Source of the DNA: Rhodospirillales bacterium
GTDB lineage: Bacteria > Pseudomonadota > Alphaproteobacteria > Rhodospirillales > Casp-alpha2
Length of the DNA stretch: 64,000 bases
Assembly: GCA_965222395.1 (NCBI GenBank)
Contig: OZ244947.1
Location: forward strand, 3,661,452 to 3,725,451
Direction: 5' to 3'
Below, one piece after another: positions 18,310 through 31,088 of the stretch (the stretch's first letter is position 1; every line of letters begins with the position of its first letter). The position numbers and the translations under genes are program-made. Below the pieces are notes generated by a model, which made no database searches, was not told the DNA's origin, and saw only the letters and a list, made by a program, of their open reading frames with translations.

Positions 18310-19485
18310 ATGACGGACGTAGTGATCACGGGCGCGGCACGCACGCCGGTCGGCGCATTCTTAGGCGGGCTAAGTTCGGTCCCGGCGTCGACCTTGGGCG
18401 AAGTCGCGATCAAAGCGGCCCTCGAGCGCGCCGGCGTTAGCGCCGAAGAAGTTTCCGAAGTTATCATGGGCCAGATCCTTGCGGCCGGCGGCGGGCAAAA
18501 CCCGGCGCGTCAAGCTGCGATGGGCGCTGGTATTCCGCAAGAAGCCACTGCGTACGGTATCAACCAGCTTTGCGGTTCCGGCCTTCGCGCGGCGGCCCTC
18601 GGGATGCAGGCGATCCAACTCGGCGATAGCGACATCGTTGTGGCTGGCGGACAGGAAAGCATGAGCCAATCCCCACACGTCATGCATCTGCGCAACGGCG
18701 TCAAAATGGGTCCCGGCGAACTGCTCGACACCATGATCAACGACGGCCTGATGGATGCCTTCAACGGCTATCACATGGGTAACACCGCCGAGAATATCGC
18801 CCAGCGTTGGCAACTGACCCGCGACGAGCAGGACGAGTTTGCCGCCAATTCGCAAGCCAAAGCCGCCGCAGCGATGGAAGCCGGCAGATTCAAGGACGAG
18901 ATCGTTCCCGTCACCATCAAGACCCGCAAAGGTGAAGTCGTGGTCGATACGGACGAGCACCCGAAGCCAGAAACGACGAAAGACAGCCTCGGCAAACTCC
19001 GCGCTGCCTTCGATAAAGAAGGCACGGTGACCGCGGGTAACGCCTCGGGTATCAACGACGGTGCCGCCGCTGTTGTGTTGATGAGCGCGGATGCCGCCGA
19101 AAAACGCGGTGCGCCGGTTCTCGCCCGGATTAAGTCCTGGGCCACTGCGGGCGTCGATCCGGCGATCATGGGCACGGGCCCGATCCCGGCCAGCCGTGCG
19201 GCTTTGGAAAAAGCCGGTTGGACGACCGACGATCTGGACCTGATCGAGTCGAACGAAGCCTTCGCTGCGCAGTCCTGTGCCGTCAACAAAGACATGGGTT
19301 GGGACACCGACAAGGTGAACGTCAACGGCGGTGCGATCGCTCTTGGCCATCCAATTGGCGCGTCGGGTGCGCGTGTCTTGGTAACCCTGTTGCACGAAAT
19401 GCAGAAGCAGGATGCCAAGAAGGGTCTTGCGACCCTGTGCATCGGCGGCGGCATGGGTATCGCCATGTGCGTCGAACGCGACTAA
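18310..19485 (+). CDS. phaA: Acetyl-CoA acetyltransferase (beta-ketothiolase)
   Basis: A GAGGAGAG Shine-Dalgarno precedes the start. Thiolase motifs are present: [10 protein letters not shown] (active Cys), [27 protein letters not shown] and the C-terminal CIGGGMG. Confidence 0.9.
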   Translation: MTDVVITGAARTPVGAFLGGLSSVPASTLGEVAIKAALERAGVSAEEVSEVIMGQILAAGGGQNPARQAAMGAGIPQEATAYGINQLCGSGLRAAALGMQAIQLGDSDIVVAGGQESMSQSPHVMHLRNGVKMGPGELLDTMINDGLMDAFNGYHMGNTAENIAQRWQLTRDEQDEFAANSQAKAAAAMEAGRFKDEIVPVTIKTRKGEVVVDTDEHPKPETTKDSLGKLRAAFDKEGTVTAGNASGINDGAAAVVLMSADAAEKRGAPVLARIKSWATAGVDPAIMGTGPIPASRAALEKAGWTTDDLDLIESNEAFAAQSCAVNKDMGWDTDKVNVNGGAIALGHPIGASGARVLVTLLHEMQKQDAKKGLATLCIGGGMGIAMCVERD

Positions 19486-19500
19486 GCTGATAATGCGGAA

Positions 19501-19526
19501 CGGGCGCGGTCATAGCGCCGCGCCCG
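19501..19526 (+). other. GC-rich stem-loop between phaA and phaB
   Basis: CGGGCGCGG-tcatagcg-CCGCGCCCG forms a 9-bp perfect stem 16 nt after the phaA stop. No U-tract follows, so it is more likely an mRNA-stabilising or attenuating hairpin than an intrinsic terminator. Confidence 0.4.
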
Positions 19527-19587
19527 AAATCCGCAAACAGCGTAAAAAGACCGGCAATGGACCGGTCGCTAAAATAGGGATGGAAAC

Positions 19588-20313
19588 ATGGCGAAACTTG
19601 CATTGGTTACTGGGGGAACGCGTGGGATCGGCCGGGCGATTTCCGAAGGATTAAAGTCGGCGGGTTATACGGTTGTGGCGACCTACGCCGGCAACGACGA
19701 AGCCGCGAACAAGTTCAAAGAAGAAACCGGGATCGAAGTCTCGAAGTTTGATGTGGGTGATTTTGACGCGGTTCAGGCTGCTGTGGCGGACATCGAAAGT
19801 GCGCACGCACCAATCGATGTCTTAGTCAATAACGCCGGTATTACGCGCGACAAGCCGCTGCACAAGATGGAGAAGTCGCATTGGGATGATGTCATCCGGA
19901 CCAATCTGGACAGTCTATTCAATCTCAGCCGTTGTGTGATCGACGGAATGCGCGAGCGCGGTTTTGGACGGATCATCAACATCAGTTCGATCAACGGTCA
20001 AAAGGGTCAATTCGGTCAGACCAATTACTCTGCCGCGAAAGCGGGATTGATCGGGTTTACCAAGGCTTTGGCCCTGGAAACAGCGGCCAAGGGCATCACC
20101 GTCAACGCGATCGCACCGGGTTATATCGGTACGGAAATGGTTATGGCGGTGCCCGAGAAAGTGCTGAACGAAGTCATCATTCCGCAGATACCCGTCGGGC
20201 GCCTTGGTGAGGCTGAAGAGATCGCGCGCTGTGTAACTTTCCTTGCGGCGGACGATGCGGGCTTTATCACCGGGTCGACGATTTCCGCCAATGGCGGCCA
20301 GTACATGGCCTGA
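19588..20313 (+). CDS. phaB: Acetoacetyl-CoA reductase (SDR family)
   Basis: It carries ALVTGGTRGIG, NNAGIT and the YSAAK catalytic motif. It lies directly downstream of phaA. Confidence 0.9.
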   Translation: MAKLALVTGGTRGIGRAISEGLKSAGYTVVATYAGNDEAANKFKEETGIEVSKFDVGDFDAVQAAVADIESAHAPIDVLVNNAGITRDKPLHKMEKSHWDDVIRTNLDSLFNLSRCVIDGMRERGFGRIINISSINGQKGQFGQTNYSAAKAGLIGFTKALALETAAKGITVNAIAPGYIGTEMVMAVPEKVLNEVIIPQIPVGRLGEAEEIARCVTFLAADDAGFITGSTISANGGQYMA

Positions 20314-20317
20314 CCCA

Positions 20318-21337
20318 ATGCGGACGCGTTCTGTTTCGAAGGCGGCCGCCGTGGCGGCCGCCTTTGTTATGGGGGCGACAGCTGCGACAGCTGGTGGCAC
20401 ATACTCTTCGCTGTCGCTGCCGACCGTTTCGATGATCAAGATCGCGGCCGACGGCCGACCACTGGTGGTCGATGGCGACGGCACTCATTATCGCATCCAA
20501 TTGCGCAACGGAGCGTTCGAGATTGAGCCGGCAGAGCGGTATCCGGAAGACGTCTTGCCGGATGACGCACTCCCCGATGGTCGAATTGCAGATGCCGGTA
20601 ACGGTGTGAGGGCGTGGCTGTCGGCCCCGACAGCGCGATATGGTCATGCAGTGTTGGGCGACGGCATCGAGGCCGGCGCATTAAGTGTTTCGCATCCGGG
20701 GACACCCATCCAGACGATAACGCTTCCCACCTCGTCCGTTTTCGAGGATCGCTACCCCCGCTTCGCCGATATGGATGGCGACGGGATGGCGGAAATCCTC
20801 GTGGTACGTGCTTACGCCGATGCAGGTGGGGCGCTCACTTTGGTTGACCCAGGCAGTGTGGGGCGTGCCCCACGCATTGTCGCCGAAGGTCCGGCCATCG
20901 GCACGCCGAACCGTTGGCTCAATCCCGTCGGGGTGGGAGATGTCGACGGTGACGGTCGGCCCGAAGCATTGGTCGTCATCACACCCCATATCGGCGGGAC
21001 ATTGACGGCCTACGAATGGCGTGGCGACCGGCTTGTCGTCGACCACGAGATGTTCGGTTTTTCCAATCACGCCATCGGCGCACGAGAATTGGCGCTCTCG
21101 GCGGTTGCGGATTTGGACGGCGACGGTGCCGCCGAAGTCATCGTCCCCAACGTCGATCGCACCCAGATGACCGTCGTCTCGTTCGCCGGGCCGGAGCCGC
21201 GCGTCATCAGACGTATTGCAGCACCCGACCGCGTCGCGCATCGGGTGGTCATCTACGATATGGATGGGGATAATCGGCCCGAGATAACCTTTGCAACGGA
21301 TGCCGCCATCATCGTGGTATGGCAGCCTGGGATATGA
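20318..21337 (+). CDS. Secreted FG-GAP/VCBS-type repeat (beta-propeller-like) protein
   Basis: ATG at 20318 is 4 nt after the phaB stop. It has a signal peptide (AAAVAAAFVMGATAATAGG) and four Ca-binding-like repeats: DMDGDGMAEILV, DVDGDGRPEALV, DLDGDGAAEVIV and DMDGDNRPEITF. Confidence 0.7.
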   Translation: MRTRSVSKAAAVAAAFVMGATAATAGGTYSSLSLPTVSMIKIAADGRPLVVDGDGTHYRIQLRNGAFEIEPAERYPEDVLPDDALPDGRIADAGNGVRAWLSAPTARYGHAVLGDGIEAGALSVSHPGTPIQTITLPTSSVFEDRYPRFADMDGDGMAEILVVRAYADAGGALTLVDPGSVGRAPRIVAEGPAIGTPNRWLNPVGVGDVDGDGRPEALVVITPHIGGTLTAYEWRGDRLVVDHEMFGFSNHAIGARELALSAVADLDGDGAAEVIVPNVDRTQMTVVSFAGPEPRVIRRIAAPDRVAHRVVIYDMDGDNRPEITFATDAAIIVVWQPGI

Positions 21338-22230
21338 CTGTGGCGACGCCCGTACGTCTGCGCGCCACGGCGATTGGCGGTACGGCGGTTTTGATGTGGG
21401 GCGTGCTGGCGCTCTTCACGACGTTGACCGAGGGAGTCCCACCATTCCAGTTAACGGCGATGTCGTTTGGGGTCGCCACGGCGTTCGTGGTATTGAAATG
21501 GACGATACGAAAAGAGCCGATTTTGCGGCATCTGCGTCAGCCGATTGGGGCCTGGGCGCTCGGCGTATGCGGCCTTTTCGGGTACCACTTCTTCTATTTT
21601 ATGGCGCTGAAAAACGCCCCCCCTATCGAAGCCGGGTTGATCGCTTATATGTGGCCGCTGTTGATCGTTGTCGGCTCGGCACTACTGCCCGGGGAGCGGT
21701 TGCGTTGGTGGCACGTGGCGGGGGCTGTGGCCGGTCTCGTCGGTGCGGTCCTGCTGATTACCGGCGGCCAAGGTTTTTCGGGATTTAAGACGGAATTCAC
21801 CTTCGGTTATGTGGTGGCGGTTGTCTGCGCCCTGACATGGTCGAGTTATTCGATTTTGAATCGACGCTTCGGCCATGTCCCGACGGACACGGTCGGGGGA
21901 TTTTGCGCGGTGACGGCGGTGCTCGCCGCGCTCTGCCATCTAATGTTCGAGTCAACCGTTTGGCCTGCTGACGCGATGGCATGGTCGGGTGTTATCGGCC
22001 TGGGACTAGGGCCCGTCGGCGCCGCGTTCTTTGCCTGGGATTATGGGACCAAACACGGCGATATTCAGGTGCTTGGCGCATTCTCTTATGCAGCGCCCTT
22101 GATCTCGACCTTGGTGCTTGTGCTGTTCGGTAAGGGTGAGGCAACGTGGGCAGTGGCTATCGGGTGTCTGCTGATTGTCGGTGGGGCTATTCTCGCGTCG
22201 AAGGAACTATTGCAACGAAAGGCGACCTAA
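21334..22230 (+). CDS. DMT-superfamily (EamA-like) transporter
   Basis: It has ten hydrophobic segments. ATG 21334 overlaps the upstream stop as ATGA; the alternative ATG is at 21319. Confidence 0.8.
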   Translation: MTVATPVRLRATAIGGTAVLMWGVLALFTTLTEGVPPFQLTAMSFGVATAFVVLKWTIRKEPILRHLRQPIGAWALGVCGLFGYHFFYFMALKNAPPIEAGLIAYMWPLLIVVGSALLPGERLRWWHVAGAVAGLVGAVLLITGGQGFSGFKTEFTFGYVVAVVCALTWSSYSILNRRFGHVPTDTVGGFCAVTAVLAALCHLMFESTVWPADAMAWSGVIGLGLGPVGAAFFAWDYGTKHGDIQVLGAFSYAAPLISTLVLVLFGKGEATWAVAIGCLLIVGGAILASKELLQRKAT

Positions 22231-22953
22231 ATGTCCGACCAACCGATCACCTACGTTCAGTTTCCTCGGCATCTGGGGATCCCCAATGCCTCTCCGTTTT
22301 GTGCCAAATTGGAACTTTGGCTCAAACTTGCTGATATCCCCTACACCCTCGATCCGCAGGTAATGCCGTTCAAAGCGCCAAAGAAAAAGATTCCTTATGT
22401 CGTCGTCGATGGCCACGCAATGGGCGATAGTGCGTTGATCATGGCACATCTAAGCAAGACCCACGGTGTGACACTTGATGAGGGATTGAGTGCTCAAGAA
22501 TTCGCATACGATACGGCGCTTAGCGGGATGCTCGATGAACGTCTTTATTGGTACATCGTTTACGATCGCTGGTTGGGCGATGGATGGCCAGCGATCAACA
22601 ACGCATTCTTCGGGAGCATGAACCCCGTGATACGCCCATTGATGACGATGTTCGCCCGGCGCGCCGTCCGGCGCCAGTTATGGGAGCAGGGAACGGGACG
22701 GCATACGAAGCCGGAAGTTGAAGATATGGCGGCACGTGATGTCGAAGCTTTGGCGACGATCATCGGCGACGGCCCGTTTATTCACGGGGATCAAATACGA
22801 ACCGTCGATTGCGTCGCGTATAGTTACGCCGCCAATCTGGCGCTGATCGATTTGGATACCCCGATGACGAGGAATGCGCGGGCGCACACCAATCTTGTGG
22901 CGTATGCCCAACGCATTACGGACCGATACTTCCCGGAACTGGCGAAAGACTAG
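22231..22953 (+). CDS. Glutathione S-transferase-like protein (metaxin/GST_N_2-type)
   Basis: The ATG immediately follows the EamA stop. The N-terminal thioredoxin-like segment GIPNASPFCAKLELWLKLADIPY..PKKKIPYV is followed by a GST-C-like helical domain. Confidence 0.7.
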   Translation: MSDQPITYVQFPRHLGIPNASPFCAKLELWLKLADIPYTLDPQVMPFKAPKKKIPYVVVDGHAMGDSALIMAHLSKTHGVTLDEGLSAQEFAYDTALSGMLDERLYWYIVYDRWLGDGWPAINNAFFGSMNPVIRPLMTMFARRAVRRQLWEQGTGRHTKPEVEDMAARDVEALATIIGDGPFIHGDQIRTVDCVAYSYAANLALIDLDTPMTRNARAHTNLVAYAQRITDRYFPELAKD

Positions 22954-22954
22954 A

Positions 22955-23569
22955 TTACGAAGCCGACGGTTCCGTCGCCTGAAATGACGGACGGTCGGAG
23001 ATTTTCTCGAACCAATCGGCCAGGGCCGGTCTATCCGCACGCCACCCCAAATTTGGGAATCTGAGGTCGATCCAACCGAGACCTGCTCCCGTCGTCACTT
23101 CGGCAATGGTAATCGGTCCATCGGTCTTCATGTCGTCGGCGACCGCGTCGAGGACATCCATGCCTTTCAGGAGGGTCGTGGTTTGGCGCTCGACCCACCA
23201 GTCCCAGCGGAGTTCCTCCGGCCGACGCATGGTTTCGACGAACAGCAAGACGCCGGCATCGATCATGCCGTCGGCGGTGGCGGCGAGTTTCAGCGTCTCA
23301 AAGCGGGCCGAACCCTCGGTGGGATAGAGTTTTGGGCCATCGTGCAAGCTGTCCAAGTATTCGCAGATCACGGGGCTGTCATAGAGCGTCATTCCGTCGT
23401 CGGTGTTGAGGCACGGGATTTTGCTGAGCGGATTGGAATTGCGAAGGTCCGTCTCCGCCGACCAGGGATCCGTGGCGATGCGCTCGATCCGGTCGTCAAG
23501 GCCGACTTCAATGGCGATGATGGTAACTTTGCGGACGAATGGGGACGTTGGCGAATATCGCAGCTTCAT
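22955..23569 (-). CDS. Glutathione S-transferase
   Basis: It shows MKLRYSPTSPFVRKV..., the ..PLSKIPCL..DG..LYDSPVICEYL pattern of GST N-domains, and a C-terminal helical domain. Confidence 0.85.
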   Translation of the reverse strand: MKLRYSPTSPFVRKVTIIAIEVGLDDRIERIATDPWSAETDLRNSNPLSKIPCLNTDDGMTLYDSPVICEYLDSLHDGPKLYPTEGSARFETLKLAATADGMIDAGVLLFVETMRRPEELRWDWWVERQTTTLLKGMDVLDAVADDMKTDGPITIAEVTTGAGLGWIDLRFPNLGWRADRPALADWFEKISDRPSFQATEPSAS

Positions 23570-23715
23570 GGCGTGTCTCCTGATATGGTTTTTAAGAGTG
23601 ACTTGGGCTTGGACGGTTTCATCACATATAGGTTCGCTGGTCCATCTGTCATCCCTTGCGGTTTCAGGTTTCTGTGGGGCTGACCGGACCTGGCAAAGCG
23701 GATAGGCTGCATCTC

Positions 23716-24462
23716 ATGTGGACTGATGTCGTTGATCTTCGAGAATTCTATGCGCGTCGGCTCGGACGCACGGCGCAACGTATGGTGCGCCGTCGTTTAC
23801 GGGAATGTTGGCCCGATGTGACGGGTCAGCGGGTATTGGGGCTCGGTTTCGCGACGCCATACCTCGGCGTGTTTCGCGGCGAAGCGGAGCGTGTCGTCGC
23901 CGCCATGCCGGCGGGGCAAGGCGTGCTGCATTGGCCCGTCGGGGAACGCGGCCTGACGACCCTGGTTGATGAAACGGATCTTCCGTTGCCCGATCTGGCT
24001 TTCGATCGTGTTGTGATCGTTCATGCGCTGGAATGCGCCGAACAAGTGCGACCCATGTTGCGCGAAGCATGGCGCGTGATGGCCGACTCCGGCCGTTTGG
24101 TCGTCGTCGTGCCGAACCGCCGCGGGTTGTGGGCGCGGTTTGAGTCCAACCCGTTCGGTCACGGACGGCCGTATTCCGGCGGTCAACTGCGCCGCTTGTT
24201 GCGCGACAATATGTTCATGCCGATGGAAACGTCTCGCGCGCTGTTTGTACCACCGACCAGCTTACGCCTGGTGCAAGGGTCCGCAACGGTGTGGGAGCGA
24301 CTGGGCGCACGCTTTTTTCCCGCGGCCGGCGGTGTGGTGGTTATGGAAGCGGTCAAGCAAATGTACGCGGCCACCGTTGCGGTCGAGGCAAAACGTAAGC
24401 GCGCATTTAACACCGTTCCGGAACGACCATCTGGCTTTAACCGAGATGACGGACACCGTTGA
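23716..24462 (+). CDS. Class I SAM-dependent methyltransferase-like protein
   Basis: ATG at 23716. Motif I is degenerate (GQRVLGLGFATPYL) and post-motif blocks follow (FDRVVIVHALE, GRLVVVVPNR). Confidence 0.65.
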   Translation: MWTDVVDLREFYARRLGRTAQRMVRRRLRECWPDVTGQRVLGLGFATPYLGVFRGEAERVVAAMPAGQGVLHWPVGERGLTTLVDETDLPLPDLAFDRVVIVHALECAEQVRPMLREAWRVMADSGRLVVVVPNRRGLWARFESNPFGHGRPYSGGQLRRLLRDNMFMPMETSRALFVPPTSLRLVQGSATVWERLGARFFPAAGGVVVMEAVKQMYAATVAVEAKRKRAFNTVPERPSGFNRDDGHR

Positions 24463-25196
24463 TGAGTGATGCCCATATCGCCGAAGCCGTATCCTGTTCG
24501 GTTACGCATGCAGAGATGGCGTCTTTCGATGTCCGGATTCTCAAACTCTCTCCTGATCCCGGTCGGACGCTTTTCGATTGGCGCGCCGGGCAATACGCGC
24601 GATTTCGGATCGCCGATTTCGAACCGCGAGACTATTCCATTGCAAATGCGCCGGGTGACGGCGATGTCGAATTGCACGTTCGAAAATCCCATGCTGGCGG
24701 GCTTAGCGACTACATCTGTGGCGAGGTGAAAGTGGGCGATACGGTTTCCGTCGCCGGCGCATTCGGCGGTGCGTATTTTCGCGCCGGTCATGGCGGCCCA
24801 TTGCTTGCGATCGCCGGTGGTACGGGACTGGCGCCGATGAAAGCGGTGGTCGAAGCCGCCTTGCGGAGCGACCTCAGCCAAGATGTGCATTTGTATTTCG
24901 GCGTCAATTCCGCGGAGGAGCTATATCTTGAACGGTATTTCATCGGCTTGATGCGCGATTACTCGAACTTCCGTTTCGTGACGGTGATCAACGACCCAGA
25001 TGACAGCTCGGGCCGCCGCCTCGGAATGGTCGGTGACGCGGTGGCTGCCGATTTTCAGCTGTTATATGGGCATCAATGCTATCTGGCGGGCCCGCCCGCC
25101 ATGGCCGAGGCTTGCCGAACAATGTTGAAGCTTAAATCGGTTCCCAACCACGATATGTTCTGCGACGCATTTTATGCGACCGGGTCGAACGTCTAG
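24462..25196 (+). CDS. Ferredoxin-NADP reductase-type FAD/NAD(P)-binding oxidoreductase (no Fe-S or haem domain)
   Basis: It has the FAD motif RDYSIAN (RxYS), the NAD motif GGTGLAPM and the C-terminal YLAGPPAM. ATG 24462 overlaps the upstream stop (TGATG); a TTG at 24459 is also in frame. Confidence 0.75.
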   Translation: MSDAHIAEAVSCSVTHAEMASFDVRILKLSPDPGRTLFDWRAGQYARFRIADFEPRDYSIANAPGDGDVELHVRKSHAGGLSDYICGEVKVGDTVSVAGAFGGAYFRAGHGGPLLAIAGGTGLAPMKAVVEAALRSDLSQDVHLYFGVNSAEELYLERYFIGLMRDYSNFRFVTVINDPDDSSGRRLGMVGDAVAADFQLLYGHQCYLAGPPAMAEACRTMLKLKSVPNHDMFCDAFYATGSNV

Positions 25197-25217
25197 CCGC
25201 CGCCTGGGCGGAACGGC

Positions 25218-25682
25218 TTACCCACGCCCCCGATAAGGGGCGACGCCTTGATCCGGAATCCAGACGCCCTTGGGTGGCTCACCCGTCTGATAAAACACGT
25301 CGATCGGGATGCCGCCGCGCGGGTACCAGTACCCCCCGATTCGGAGCCAGTGCGGTCCGATCGCTGCGATGATCTTTCGCGCGACGTCGACCGTACATTG
25401 CTCGTGAAAACCGGGGTGATTGCGGAAACTGCCAAGATAGAGTTTCAGCGACTTGCTCTCGACGATCTTTGCCTCGGGGACGTAATCGATCACGAGATGC
25501 GCGAAATCGGGTTGCCCGGTCACCGGACAGAGCGATGTGAACTCGGGTGCGGCGAAGCGGACCAGATATCGGGCGTCGGGATGCGGATTTGGTACGGCAT
25601 CCAAAACGGCATCCTCGGGGTTTTCCGGTAGATCGCTGGCTTGGCCCAGTTGCGTCAGGGTTTCATAGGTACTGTCACTCAT
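25218..25682 (-). CDS. queF: NADPH-dependent 7-cyano-7-deazaguanine reductase (unimodular type I)
   Basis: ATG at 25682. The catalytic Cys block [12 protein letters not shown] and the QueF motif ESKSLKLYL are present. Confidence 0.85.
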   Translation of the reverse strand: MSDSTYETLTQLGQASDLPENPEDAVLDAVPNPHPDARYLVRFAAPEFTSLCPVTGQPDFAHLVIDYVPEAKIVESKSLKLYLGSFRNHPGFHEQCTVDVARKIIAAIGPHWLRIGGYWYPRGGIPIDVFYQTGEPPKGVWIPDQGVAPYRGRG

Positions 25683-25762
25683 AACGGCGATACTATAGAG
25701 GCCGGATACTGTGCCGGAAAGCGCCCTCTCCCTGGTCGGGCCCATGGGAGAGGGCACCATAA

Positions 25763-26470
25763 CTATGCCGCAACCGCGCCGGCTTCCGCCAATGCGTCTA
25801 GCATGAGATCCGCGACACGTTCGGACGACCGCGGGTTCTGTCCCGTGACCAAGCGATCGTCACGGACGGCATAGGGGCCGAAGTTCTCAGGGTTGGCTTC
25901 AAAAACACCGCCCAAGTCGCGAAGCTTCGTTTCCAGCAGATACGGCACCACCTCAGTGAGGCCGACAGCGGCTTCTTCGGCGTCCGTGAAGCTGTTGAGC
26001 ATCTTGCCCTTCACCAGCGGCGACCCGTCCGAAAGGGTTGCGCCGACCAGTCCGGCAGGGCCGTGGCAGACAGCGCCGACCACACCGCCGTTTTCGTACA
26101 CGCCGGCCACGATTTCACCAACCGCCGGTGTCTGTGCAAGGTCCCACATGGTGCCGTGTCCACCCGGCAGGAACACAGCCGCATAGGCTGACGGGTTGAT
26201 GTCAGAGGCGGCAGCGCTGTCGCGTAACGCCGTCATGGCATCGGCGTCATCGAGAAAGCGGCGAACCGTCGCTGGCATATTTTCCTCCTTGGCCGAAGAC
26301 GGATCAGCCGGCGGCAAGCCGCCCATCACGCTGGCAAATGTGACGATGTAACCCGCGTCTCGTAGGCGCCAGTAGGGTGTCGCCATCTCTTCCCAATAAA
26401 ATCCGGTCGGCTCACCTGTGCTGCCCTTGGTGTCGTGGGATGTTGTCAGAATCAAAATGCTCTTATTCAT
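25763..26470 (-). CDS. DJ-1/PfpI-family (class I glutamine amidotransferase-like) protein
   Basis: It has the nucleophile-elbow block [10 protein letters not shown] and the FLPGGHG block. It is divergent from a LysR regulator. Confidence 0.8.
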   Translation of the reverse strand: MNKSILILTTSHDTKGSTGEPTGFYWEEMATPYWRLRDAGYIVTFASVMGGLPPADPSSAKEENMPATVRRFLDDADAMTALRDSAAASDINPSAYAAVFLPGGHGTMWDLAQTPAVGEIVAGVYENGGVVGAVCHGPAGLVGATLSDGSPLVKGKMLNSFTDAEEAAVGLTEVVPYLLETKLRDLGGVFEANPENFGPYAVRDDRLVTGQNPRSSERVADLMLDALAEAGAVAA

Positions 26471-26579
26471 TGGAATCTCCGTGTTTTCAGAATTTGAATG
26501 TACGGAGAGTGCTGCGCACTATAGATAATTAAAACAAATGGTTTTGGACAATTAATATAAAAATATTTATGTTAATTGC

Positions 26580-29661
<3,082 letters not shown>

Positions 29662-29777
29662 GGCGCGGGTTTTATACGCTTGCACGCGGACGGACAATCA
29701 TGGAACGTTAGCCCCGCGAATTTGAGGCGGGTTAACCGCATTCAACGCGAGACGTGGTTATGCATAGGAGGCCCGCA

Positions 29778-29972
29778 ATGCTTCGTTTGATCTTGGCCCT
29801 ATTGATCCCTTGGTTGAACTTCTTCACGATCGGCAAACCCATCCAAGGCGTGATATGCCTGATCTTGCAACTCAGCCTGATCGGTTGGATTCCCGCCGCG
29901 ATTTGGTCGGTTTACGCGCTTAGCCAATACAATACCGACAAGAAGATCGACGAAGCGACCCGCGGCTCTTAG
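29778..29972 (+). CDS. Small two-helix membrane protein (YqaE/Pmp3-like topology)
   Basis: ATG at 29778 follows TAGGAGG at a 6-nt spacing. The 64-aa product has two hydrophobic helices (LILALLIPWLNFF...ICLILQLSLIGWIPAAIWSVYAL). Confidence 0.5.
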   Translation: MLRLILALLIPWLNFFTIGKPIQGVICLILQLSLIGWIPAAIWSVYALSQYNTDKKIDEATRGS

Positions 29973-29982
29973 ACGTTTCTCT

Positions 29983-30963
29983 CTATTCCTTCGGCAGTGT
30001 CACGCGGTTTCCGCTTTGTGCGGAGGCAGACACGGCATTGAGAATATCGATGCCGTGAACGACATCGTCGACGGGGACGGGAAATGCGGTGCCGTCGCGC
30101 AGCACGTCGGCGAACGCTTCGAGTTCCGCACGCTCCATGTCGAATGGCGCAAAGTCGGTGACCTCTGGTTCTTCTCCGATCAAGCGTACCTCCAATCGAC
30201 TGTTGTCGCGAACCTCGGCCCAACCCTTGCTGCCGAAAACTTGAATGCGCCAAAGGGAGTGCGTCGCAAACATAGTCGTCAGGACGCCGGTCGCGCCTTC
30301 TTCGAACTTCAGGGCCGCAAAGGTTGTATCGTCCACCGGAACGGAGGCGGCATGGCGTTCACTGACAGCCTGCAGGTCTGTGACGCGGCCAAGAATCGAG
30401 ATCATCGCGTCCATCATATGAACGCCCATGGCCGTCATGCCGCCGGAAGGGCTTTCCGCGCTTGAGGCGCGCCAATGATCGTCCGTGTAACGGAGCGCGC
30501 CGTTGCCGGAAATGTTGCCCTCGATATGGATCACCGTGCCAAGCACCCCGGATTGCGTCAATGCACGGAGCTTCTGCATCGCCGGCAAGAACCGACGATT
30601 GAATCCAACGCACAAGGGGAGGCCCGCTCCCGACATGGCTTCGGCGCAATCGCGGGCATCGTCACCGTCGAGCGTAAGAGGTTTCTCGGCGAATACCGGT
30701 TTGCCGACGGTCGCAGCCGCCATGATCTGTTCCGCATGTTGGCTATGCGGGGTTGCCAGCACAATGGCGTCAAGCGTGTCGTCATTCAACAATTCGTCGT
30801 AATCATTGCGGAGGTCGATTTGCTGCGCGTCGCAATACGCTTGCGCGCGTTCTTTTCGACCCGTCACACCTGCTGTGAAAACGATTTTGTCCGATTTGCC
30901 CTGAACGGACGAGACTAAGGTTTGCCCCCATTTTCCGAGGCCCGCGATGCCGCAGCGGATCAT
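29983..30963 (-). CDS. Gfo/Idh/MocA-family NAD(P)-dependent oxidoreductase
   Basis: ATG at 30963 gives the Rossmann start MIRCGIAGLGKWG. The EKP block (VFAEKPL) and the C-terminal alpha/beta domain are present. Confidence 0.8.
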   Translation of the reverse strand: MIRCGIAGLGKWGQTLVSSVQGKSDKIVFTAGVTGRKERAQAYCDAQQIDLRNDYDELLNDDTLDAIVLATPHSQHAEQIMAAATVGKPVFAEKPLTLDGDDARDCAEAMSGAGLPLCVGFNRRFLPAMQKLRALTQSGVLGTVIHIEGNISGNGALRYTDDHWRASSAESPSGGMTAMGVHMMDAMISILGRVTDLQAVSERHAASVPVDDTTFAALKFEEGATGVLTTMFATHSLWRIQVFGSKGWAEVRDNSRLEVRLIGEEPEVTDFAPFDMERAELEAFADVLRDGTAFPVPVDDVVHGIDILNAVSASAQSGNRVTLPKE

Positions 30964-31088
30964 GTTGATTTCTCCATTTGAAAGGCGCCGGTTTGACGCA
31001 TCGATGGTTGTCGCCGATGATTGGTCGCGTCTTCGGTGCAATTGTTTTCGCGCGCCACGGTAGCAGTTTTTTTCAGGACGGCAATGAA

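Noticed and set aside
18370-19395. 341-aa and 231-aa ORFs antisense to phaA (18370-19395 and 18771-19466)
   Set aside because: They are typical stop-free antisense frames of a GC-rich gene. The sense strand encodes a textbook thiolase with all catalytic motifs, while the antisense products are low-complexity and Arg/Gly/Ala-rich.
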